Assembly: GCA_965153355.1 (NCBI GenBank)
Contig: OZ231126.1
Span: 4,898,001 to 4,962,000 of the forward strand
Source: Flaccisagitta enflata
Taxonomy: Eukaryota
Direction of reading: 5' to 3'
DNA length: 64,000 nucleotides
Position numbers and translations under genes: made by a program. The notes below the pieces were generated by a model, which was given only the letters and a program-made list of their open reading frames with translations, had not been told where the DNA came from and ran no database searches. Below are positions 16,431 to 24,556 of this stretch, piece after piece. Position 1 is the stretch's first letter; each line of letters begins with the position of its first letter.

Positions 16431-19400
16431 ATCAACGACTTGTCATCAATCATCGAATCACCAAAATACCGTCAGTGGGGCGCATCCGTATCCAGCGCCG
16501 AACTGTTATCATCAGAATCCGCCAATTCAACAATCGCCGCCGACATATCTTCCGCAGGTTTCGTATCAAACGACACCGCAGCATCAGGCGTCGTCAACGC
16601 AAGCATCGCCGCCAAATTACCACGCAGCGCCGACTTGCAACCAAGTTTTTGCGAACAGCGGCGTTCACCAGTCACCGCAAAATCTGCAATTAAAGAAGAT
16701 TCAAAATAGACAAATCGACGTTTATCATCAATCACATCAACAACAAGCTAACATCATTCCTAACTGGGGAAATCAGACAAATCCTCCCTTCAGCCAAAAC
16801 TTTGGATTCCATCCAAACACGCCGCAAGACGCAAACTTCACTCGAACGCCGACTCAGTCTGCAGTCAACCCATTCGCGGCCGTCAGCCCATTAAACCAAC
16901 AAATCGGCAGCCAACAATCTCAGCGAGATCATAGCAGCCAATTGCAAACCACCGCCCAATTGCAAACAAACTTAACATATTTGCAACTGGAAGCAACAAA
17001 TCGACGCCAGCAATTGGAATTGGACCGGAAGATAAAAGAGTGTGACAACCTCACCGGCATCCTCGCGAACGCCAAATACAAAGAATCACAGGACAAGAAC
17101 GTCATTGACAATCAGAAACAACAATTAGAAAGTCAAAAACAACAGTCGGCAGAATACCGGGAGAAAGTTGAAATCGCTGAACAATCTCATCATCAAGAAC
17201 GATTATCCCATCAAGCGGCACTCAGAAAAATCATACGGCTGGAAGAAGAACTGAAATTGGCAAAAGAAGAAATAAAGGCGATCAAAGGAAAACAAACACA
17301 AGAAAAAACTCGATTGCAACAAAATCACGACGTCCAGATCGCAAATAGCAACGAAGAATTGCGCATCAAAATCGCAGAGCTGGAATCTGCGAAACGAGAC
17401 TTAGCCGATATTAAGTCTGAAGGCCAAGAAGAATTCAATACAAGATTAATTGAAAAAGAAACGGAACATAAAACAGAATTGATAAAGATCAAATCGACAT
17501 ACCAAGAAGCACTCAACAAGAGAGTCGAAGACTTGCGGCTGCAATACGAAGAACGCATCGAGATCCTCAAAGGCCGAATCAACACCCACGATAAACATTA
17601 CGATAATTGGGTCATTCAAATCCGAGCCTTGGAATCTGAGACAGAGAAAGCCAAAGAGAATTACGAAAAACAAATCGACGGCTTAAAATCGGACGTTAAA
17701 TCACTTCAAACCCAACAAGGACGCTACGAACAATTACTAGAAATCGCCAACAAACGGTGCAAAATTCTCACGCTTCAAGTGACATACTCTGAAAAACTTG
17801 AAGCTGAAGCAAAAACAAAGACCGAAGAATATAACAACGAATTAATCAAAACAAAGGCCGAACTGCACAAAGCAAGATTGGAATTATTCACCATCCAAAA
17901 TCAACACCAAGAGAGCCCAAAAACGCCACTGCGGGATGAAGAAGATGGAAACGAAAATCGAGGCGACGACGACGACGACAACGACGTCAACGACGACGAC
18001 GAAGTCGCACGGGCCAACGCAAGAACTTATAAACCAACAATTGCCGCAAACTCATTTGGAAACGACATGTCAACCCCAGTCAGCGACGACAGAGCAACAG
18101 ACTCAACAATCGCAGCTGTCGGCGCTCGCAGCACCATTTCAAATGACGTCACAAAAAGTATCACAGCAGCAGCAGCAACGATATCAGTTGCAACAGTCAA
18201 CGCAAACACGGCCGTTGACGTGGTGGGAACGAATACAACAAGCGGCGCGAATACCACCGCCATTACTTCCGCCGCCACCCCTTCCACCACCACCACTTCC
18301 GCCGCTGCCACCGCCGACATTAAACCCAACATTCATCTCACCGATGGTTCCACCGGAGACGCTCCGACCGAGGATTATAACGAGTCGCCATCAACATCAG
18401 TCACCGAAGGTCGGGAAACGAATTACAACAAGATGGTCGTCGATGCCATCCTACGAGCGTCAACCACAATCGACGTCGAAGCCATCAAAGACATCCTTAG
18501 AACAACCACCGACGGAAACAAATTTCCAATCACCACTGCTTACACTGGAAATAAGACAACCTACAAACTCGGAAGCGTCGGTTACGGCATTCTCAACGGG
18601 GCAATCACACCAACAGGAAACACCGTCAGTCCAGCCTTCACGAGAGCTTGCAAAAAGCAATGGATCATCAATTGTCTCAATGGCAATGAAATCATCGGGG
18701 ATATCAGAGACAAAAATAAAATCACCGAACTCATGCGTCATCACGGGATCAGAATTATCACTACCCAGCAAGGACGACGAATCAATGAGCGCGGACACGT
18801 CATGGTCGATGACATCACCTACAACGACGACGTCAACGGAGACCCAGATTGGCAACCAGACAACGAGGACACAGACACAAAATATGAAAAAGACTCCACA
18901 AGCGCCGTTTTCGAATCCGGGCCGGTCAAGAAAACAACAATGGCAAGAAAACTGCAGCAGAATAGCAGAAACAAGCAAACTGGCGCAATCACCTCAGCTG
19001 CTGCAAGTCAATCTGAGCGGATCAGTGCTAATGAGTCCGCACCAGTTGGAAAAACTGAACCAATTGATGCAGAATTGCATCATCATCAGCCCAATGCCGA
19101 GCAGATTGACAAACCAACAACAAAGATGCCGAAGTTGTCCTTCAAAAGAAAGAAAAATGCCACCGGAAAGTGCGGCAAACGGAAGCAAGCAAATATCGAT
19201 TCAATCAGAGAGAAGGCCATCGATCCCGACAACGACGCAAATGACACATCCTCAACGAGAAAATCCGCAGCAGAGCCAGCAGCGGCAGCAACAGCATCAG
19301 CAGCTACCACAACAGATGCCGCAACAGCAGGAGCAGCAACATCAGCAAATGGCGCCCCAGACAGCGGATCTTCAATATGGTCAAAATTCAAACAATTGGG

Positions 19401-22400
19401 AGGCGCCAAACAAAATCCTTCAAGCAGCAACCTCGAAGCCAATAATGAAGGAATCAACCTCGAAATGGCCAAACATAGAATCAAACAAAATGACGACGCA
19501 TGGCTGGCAGACCAAATCTACAAACAAGAAGGAGAAAGGCGACGCAGCCCGAGGGCGAATGCGGGAAAGAAATATCAGCGACACTGATAAAATGCAAAGA
19601 CTTGACCAAGATTTGAGCAACGACGTAGCACACTACAGTAGAGTAGCAAACTCAATCAGCAACATAGAAAAGCGGATAAAAGAGTTGGACGACGTGCTGC
19701 AAGAGGCGACTCAGAACATTGTAAATATTTCTCGTCCTTCACAAAACTTCATGATGTCGAGATTGGCAGAAGCAAAAAGATGTAGGAATGAAGCGGCTTT
19801 GATCAAGAAGAAAGGAAGCATCAATGATCCAGATGTTCAAGCACGCATCACTGCCCTTCTAGCGAAATCAGCTGATATCATCGAAGAACTCATCAGCGAC
19901 AATCCACGAACAGGATTTAACCACCATGAAGCTCAAACAGCCATGTTCAACATATCAATAAATTCAATGGTTTCAAACGAACTGATGCGTCAAATAGTCA
20001 AGGAAATGACAAATGCCTTCGAATATTTGCTGCAAACCATTGGAAGAACAATGGGCAATCTGAAAAAGGCAATTTCAGATGAAAAATTGGAGAAATGTCT
20101 TCCTCATGAACAGACATTCGACCAATTGATACGACAAATGCAAATTAACATGGACATCGTCAACGCGATGATGGAAAAGGTCACAGCCTCAGGCGACGAC
20201 GTCCGGCGACTACAGGCGACAGCGGAATTGAGCATAGAATTGAGCCAAGCTGAAAGACCAACACACCGAGTAATGGAATTTGTAGAGATCGGCAGAATAT
20301 TGGCGGAAAAATGCGGCGTTGCATTATTGACAACCGCTTCAGCAGCATCAACAAGATTTGAACAAGCAACCCAGAGATTGTTCAACACAAACGAATTGTC
20401 ACGCGATTCTACATTCCATCGAATCATTAGTCAAACTCACATCGAGCTACCATGCTTCAACAACGTTACTTACCCTGAAAATACCTTCGGGAATACAAGA
20501 ATCCCATACAACGTCAATGACCTCGTGACAATTCATGAATCCCTCACAAGAGAATACAACGCATTGAGAGTCGCATATAAGTCGTTGATGGGAATATGCG
20601 AAATACAGCTAAGAAGAATTGACGACATGAGCATTCAAATACTCACTATGCAACAATGGTTCCTAGATTATGTTGCAAAAATCAGAGAGATCAATCTCTG
20701 CAACGATCTTCTCCTTTTGACCGAACAGTCAAAGAGGATAAAGTATGGGAAACGGTTTGACGAAGTCATCACTCTCATGGACATCCACCACAACGAATTG
20801 GAAGTCACTTGCAACGAGATTCCACATCCTCGACCGGAAAGATTGGACCGAATTGCCACAATCAACGCCACTACATTGCAATCCATCGCGGAAGTAATCG
20901 CCAATCACATTAACCTCAACATCGGCGCAACTAAGAGTGAACAACAATACGAGGATTATTTCATCTCATTGGCCTCAGTGCCAGAATTGGACAAAAGCAT
21001 ATTGACAATAGTAGGCGAATCACCAACGGCAAGCAATTACGTAACGCCGACAGAGAGCCAAGACGGTTCTGATACAAGACTATCACCCAGATCACCATCA
21101 AACGAGCCTCGAGAAAAATCAAAATCGCCATCTCAATACATGCGAAAGGAAAGTAAATCTCCAAACGGCGTCAGAAACACTAGCGCACCATTGTCGCACA
21201 AATCAAGGATAACTGAATCGCCAAAAACCACGACAACGGTGACTCAACAACAGCAACAAATTAAACAACAAGCTCCAACACAAAAAGGAAGAAAAAAGAA
21301 AAAACCAGCTCGAAAAATAAAGGCTAAAGGGAATCAAGCGGCCCAACCAATTCAAACAACAGCGCCAAATAACAAAAACAACGGCTCCAATAGGTCAAGA
21401 AAGAAAACAACTAAAGCAGAAACAGACGAGGAGACGATGCAACGGCAAAGATTATACGGAGCCATCACTCAAATAAGTGGCAATGCGGGCATTTTGACCC
21501 CAAAGGAGACAACGGGGGTAATAGCCCATGTGAAAGCGGCAAATGGTGACGCAGAGGATGAAGACAACGAGATATGGTTCAGCATTGAGACGGGCGACAA
21601 CTTCCAAAACGACCAATGGAGAACAAAAGCCAGGCTGTACAGAGAGACTCTCATCCGCGAAAGTGGAGGAGATCCTAAGGCATTTGATAAAGAAGAAGAA
21701 TACGCCCCAATATGGAACCCTCGAACAGGCAGATTAATCGCTAGAATATACAAAAGGCGTATAGTAGCCGAGCTGAACACACCCGATTATCAAATCAACA
21801 TTAGCGACGCCATGAATGGCATGTCTCCGAATGAAGTGTGCGCAATAAAAAGTTTAATCGAATTTGGACGCTCAGAGAAGCAGCATCAACGCGCGATGGA
21901 ACGCGCGGGACCGGCAGATAGGGCAAGACTCGTTTTGGAACGACGCCAACTGACAGATTGCGTACAAGAGCAATTACAACTCATATCACCAGATTCGGGC
22001 TCAAACATTTCAAACGCCTTCGCAAAAATCCAATGGGATACAGACCAAGGCACTTCATCTACTGATAAAACACCCGAAGACTCAATATCAAATTGCCCAC
22101 AAGGAAGCGTCATTGAAGGCGGCAATAGAATGCTTCTACCAGAAAGAGAGCAAGACTTCAAGCAAGAAAGAAGCAATTACACATCAGAACAAATGCAAGT
22201 AATACGGTATTATCAGCAGCAGGCCGAAAGACTTGAAGAAGAGCTCAAGAAAACAATGGAACCAGATATCTCGGACGAAGAAACAGAATCAATCAGAGTG
22301 TTATACAAGGCCTTGCAACAGCAATACAGGTCATCAATGGAACTGGCAAAGAATGACCTACGCATCTTCGACACACTCCTCGACGTCTCAATAATGCATG

Positions 22401-23505
22401 ATGATGACCCAAGGAGAGAAGCAAAAATCGCAAAATATGAAACGGCAGAAGCAGAGCACGCACAAGCAAGAGCCACACTTGATGATTGTATAAGAGTCAC
22501 AACGGAAATGATGAAAAAGATCGAATCATTTAACAAAAAGAAGATCAACGACAAAGTCAAAAGATACAACAAAGGAAGATGCGGCAGGAAAGCGGCAATG
22601 AAATGGATAAAAAGACGCACAAAAGAAAGAGATGAAATGGAAAGTGATAGACAAAAGGTGGAACAAACAATAATGAGCAGCATCACCAAATTACCTCCAG
22701 GCTTCTCCGCGAAGATAAATGTGAGAAGATCAAACGAGGACGGAGACACGGATGAAGAGGAGGAGGAAATTCCATTCGAAGAGTACTCTGACGACGACGA
22801 TGAGACGCAACGCATTTTCACCATTTCCGCAATATCGTCAGATAGGATGCCAGTCATGGAAGAAGAGGCGATCGAATATCACCCAACTCCACCAACGTTT
22901 CCAGTAACACCTCCTCCGCCGGAAGATCCCAGCGATTCATCATCCGACGAATATCCATTAGTCCCGCCATATTTAGCATCTCCTCCACCGGAATACAGTG
23001 ACGAGTATGAAGAAGAAATGCCGAGTCCACCGACTTTACTCAGAAGCGCCGGAACATCACCACATCCAATTATGGATGAAGACAGTTCAATCATTGAAAT
23101 CATAGAGACGGTCGAAAACGATGAAAATCAGCCGAGACGAGTAATCTTCTCAGCGTCAGCGGCGCCTCCAGAATATACTCCAACTGAAGATATTTGGAAG
23201 AAAGCAGTAATGGACATCATTGGGATGAAACAATCCGGCAATAAGCGCAAAAATGAAAACACTCTGAAAGAGATACTAAATGAATTGAAAAGAAAACATG
23301 ACCACGAAAATGACGGTGAATGCGAGAAATGTGAATTGACAGCTGAAGACATGATGCTTGAAATAGAACAACCATCCGAGGGAGAATCAGCAGCAGAAAT
23401 AACATCAAAACTGATCAAAAACATAAAGAAAGCAAAGAAAGCAATCAAGCATACACATACAAAGAGAGTCTCATCATTCACACAAACTGACAAACTGACA
23501 AACTC
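16431..23505 (+). mobile_element. Intronless two-ORF block, probably a fragment of an unclassified retroelement or endogenous virus
   Basis: Strong A>T skew, CpG-rich, and free of introns, microsatellites and MITE insertions over 7 kb, with abrupt junctions on both sides. No RT, integrase or capsid motif recognised. Confidence 0.55.
16432..19587 (+). CDS. Orphan ORF1, 5'-truncated (~1050 codons): Q/P/H-rich N-terminus, long coiled coil, Thr/Ala-rich linker, small globular segment, basic tail
   Basis: The frame stays open upstream of the track start (16942) back to a TAA at 16390-16392 inside the flanking repeat. First in-frame ATG is only at 18067. E/K/Q/L-rich heptad-like region at ~16960-17900. 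Confidence 0.8.
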   Translation, partial: STTCHQSSNHQNTVSGAHPYPAPNCYHQNPPIQQSPPTYLPQVSYQTTPQHQASSTQASPPNYHAAPTCNQVFANSGVHQSPQNLQLKKIQNRQIDVYHQSHQQQANIIPNWGNQTNPPFSQNFGFHPNTPQDANFTRTPTQSAVNPFAAVSPLNQQIGSQQSQRDHSSQLQTTAQLQTNLTYLQLEATNRRQQLELDRKIKECDNLTGILANAKYKESQDKNVIDNQKQQLESQKQQSAEYREKVEIAEQSHHQERLSHQAALRKIIRLEEELKLAKEEIKAIKGKQTQEKTRLQQNHDVQIANSNEELRIKIAELESAKRDLADIKSEGQEEFNTRLIEKETEHKTELIKIKSTYQEALNKRVEDLRLQYEERIEILKGRINTHDKHYDNWVIQIRALESETEKAKENYEKQIDGLKSDVKSLQTQQGRYEQLLEIANKRCKILTLQVTYSEKLEAEAKTKTEEYNNELIKTKAELHKARLELFTIQNQHQESPKTPLRDEEDGNENRGDDDDDNDVNDDDEVARANARTYKPTIAANSFGNDMSTPVSDDRATDSTIAAVGARSTISNDVTKSITAAAATISVATVNANTAVDVVGTNTTSGANTTAITSAATPSTTTTSAAATADIKPNIHLTDGSTGDAPTEDYNESPSTSVTEGRETNYNKMVVDAILRASTTIDVEAIKDILRTTTDGNKFPITTAYTGNKTTYKLGSVGYGILNGAITPTGNTVSPAFTRACKKQWIINCLNGNEIIGDIRDKNKITELMRHHGIRIITTQQGRRINERGHVMVDDITYNDDVNGDPDWQPDNEDTDTKYEKDSTSAVFESGPVKKTTMARKLQQNSRNKQTGAITSAAASQSERISANESAPVGKTEPIDAELHHHQPNAEQIDKPTTKMPKLSFKRKKNATGKCGKRKQANIDSIREKAIDPDNDANDTSSTRKSAAEPAAAATASAATTTDAATAGAATSANGAPDSGSSIWSKFKQLGGAKQNPSSSNLEANNEGINLEMAKHRIKQNDDAWLADQIYKQEGERRRSPRANAGKKYQRH

Positions 23506-23602
23506 CGATGTATCGCAGCTTGGAGCCTGGGGACTTCACAGCCAATTCCCAGCACCAAACTCCTCCCGGATTGGCCTGGCAATTTGCCGGAAGTTAATCT
23601 GA
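19592..23602 (+). CDS. Orphan ORF2 (~1336 aa from ATG 19592; frame open from ATG 17936, 1888 aa), helical with a Pro/acidic C-terminal region, 3'-truncated
   Basis: The ATG lies 4 nt after the ORF1 stop (cacTGAtaaaATGcaa). Folded-looking sequence starts at MQRLDQDLSND. The last ~30 codons read into a Tc1 relic. Confidence 0.8.
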   Translation: MQRLDQDLSNDVAHYSRVANSISNIEKRIKELDDVLQEATQNIVNISRPSQNFMMSRLAEAKRCRNEAALIKKKGSINDPDVQARITALLAKSADIIEELISDNPRTGFNHHEAQTAMFNISINSMVSNELMRQIVKEMTNAFEYLLQTIGRTMGNLKKAISDEKLEKCLPHEQTFDQLIRQMQINMDIVNAMMEKVTASGDDVRRLQATAELSIELSQAERPTHRVMEFVEIGRILAEKCGVALLTTASAASTRFEQATQRLFNTNELSRDSTFHRIISQTHIELPCFNNVTYPENTFGNTRIPYNVNDLVTIHESLTREYNALRVAYKSLMGICEIQLRRIDDMSIQILTMQQWFLDYVAKIREINLCNDLLLLTEQSKRIKYGKRFDEVITLMDIHHNELEVTCNEIPHPRPERLDRIATINATTLQSIAEVIANHINLNIGATKSEQQYEDYFISLASVPELDKSILTIVGESPTASNYVTPTESQDGSDTRLSPRSPSNEPREKSKSPSQYMRKESKSPNGVRNTSAPLSHKSRITESPKTTTTVTQQQQQIKQQAPTQKGRKKKKPARKIKAKGNQAAQPIQTTAPNNKNNGSNRSRKKTTKAETDEETMQRQRLYGAITQISGNAGILTPKETTGVIAHVKAANGDAEDEDNEIWFSIETGDNFQNDQWRTKARLYRETLIRESGGDPKAFDKEEEYAPIWNPRTGRLIARIYKRRIVAELNTPDYQINISDAMNGMSPNEVCAIKSLIEFGRSEKQHQRAMERAGPADRARLVLERRQLTDCVQEQLQLISPDSGSNISNAFAKIQWDTDQGTSSTDKTPEDSISNCPQGSVIEGGNRMLLPEREQDFKQERSNYTSEQMQVIRYYQQQAERLEEELKKTMEPDISDEETESIRVLYKALQQQYRSSMELAKNDLRIFDTLLDVSIMHDDDPRREAKIAKYETAEAEHAQARATLDDCIRVTTEMMKKIESFNKKKINDKVKRYNKGRCGRKAAMKWIKRRTKERDEMESDRQKVEQTIMSSITKLPPGFSAKINVRRSNEDGDTDEEEEEIPFEEYSDDDDETQRIFTISAISSDRMPVMEEEAIEYHPTPPTFPVTPPPPEDPSDSSSDEYPLVPPYLASPPPEYSDEYEEEMPSPPTLLRSAGTSPHPIMDEDSSIIEIIETVENDENQPRRVIFSASAAPPEYTPTEDIWKKAVMDIIGMKQSGNKRKNENTLKEILNELKRKHDHENDGECEKCELTAEDMMLEIEQPSEGESAAEITSKLIKNIKKAKKAIKHTHTKRVSSFTQTDKLTNSDVSQLGAWGLHSQFPAPNSSRIGLAICRKLI

Positions 23603-23768
23603 TAACAAATTTTTGGTCGCAGATGAAGAATATGCAGCAACAGGAATACGCTACTTCAATTGAGGGTCTGAAAAGTCACGCCATCTTACCTAAAAGCCTT
23701 GTACAAATTGCTGCTGGCGAGAATGCAGGCAGTGATTAGCTAGGAGGGACACCATACCAACTATTGAG
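23505..23768 (+). pseudogene. Decayed Tc1-like transposase C-terminus
   Basis: LLPDWPGNLPEVNLITNFWSQMKNMQQQEYATSIEGLK matches the Tc1 WPxxSPDLNPIENxW motif. After a frameshift, PSYLKALYKLLLARMQAVIS*EGHHTNY* matches the RxxAVIxxxGxxTKY end. Confidence 0.85.
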
Positions 23769-23984
23769 AACCATTTGGACATGTTTTTGTATCATTCTAG
23801 GCGATATATGAACTGACACTCATTTTGATGCTAAACTTATTTCTAAGGTAGTAGAGTCAGTAATCAAATGTACAATCCAGACTAATTTTTCATCAGTTGA
23901 TTCCCCTTGAACTTCATGATGATCATGTGGCAGAAAGTAAATCTTTAAATATAGGCAACATCCCAATTCTAGAAAACGCTTTAC

Positions 23985-24144
23985 CTGTAATGGTTGAATA
24001 ATGCTGAGACAATGAGAGATGAAATGGTGAACATGAAGGCTGTGTCAAACTGGAAAATCATTCTTGTTGGGCATTTGTGATAGATGGTGGAAAAAATCCC
24101 CTCAAATACAAAACTCCAGGCGATGGCATATGCGAGGGAGTAAT
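23985..24144 (-). CDS. SID-1/SIDT-family gene, last visible exon
   Basis: ttttag|..|gtaaag; DYSLAYAIAWSFVFEGIFSTIYHKCPTRMIFQFDTAFMF matches the SID-1 hallmark EGxxSxxYHxCP...FQFDTxFM. Confidence 0.93.
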
Positions 24145-24235
24145 CTAAAAGGAGTAATGAAATATGCTCATCATACTGATGCTAGAAGTTTGAATCTACA
24201 GTTTAAGAAAATGTCATTCATATGTGTGACCTTAC

Positions 24236-24452
24236 CATAATATCCAAAATGCCCCTTATTGTAGCAGTAGGCCTCTCTGAATCCAAATGCAAGGAAGAAG
24301 ACTAATCCATGGACCACATAGGGAATGTTGGAGGACAGAAGATTAAAGGGGAAATCTTCATAACTGGTAGATGGAATGTAGCATCGTTCGTTATAGAAGC
24401 AAATGTCTCGGTTACCACTTTCAATCATCTGCTGCCAGTTACCATGCACCAC
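24236..24452 (-). CDS. SID-1/SIDT-family gene exon
   Basis: tttag|..|gtaag; VVHGNWQQMIESGNRDICFYNERCYIP...FNLLSSNIPYVVHGLVF matches SIDT GNxDxCxYNxxC...FN...SNxxY; phase 1 joins the next exon. Confidence 0.93.
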
Positions 24453-24556
24453 CTAAAACGGACAGAAAGAGTAAGTCAATTACATGGCTCCAATAAATGA
24501 AAACTTAATCAAAATTGAAAGGACATAAAAAGACAAATTTGCAAGATTGATAATTA

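Noticed and set aside
17325-23493. Many short minus-strand ORFs opposite ORF1/ORF2
   Set aside because: Antisense shadows of the long skewed ORFs; no independent features.
23500-23668. Minus-strand candidate next SID-1 exon (ttttcag|..PSIEVAYSCCCIFF...)
   Set aside because: It is the antisense of a recognisable Tc1 transposase relic and has no convincing SID-1 similarity or donor.
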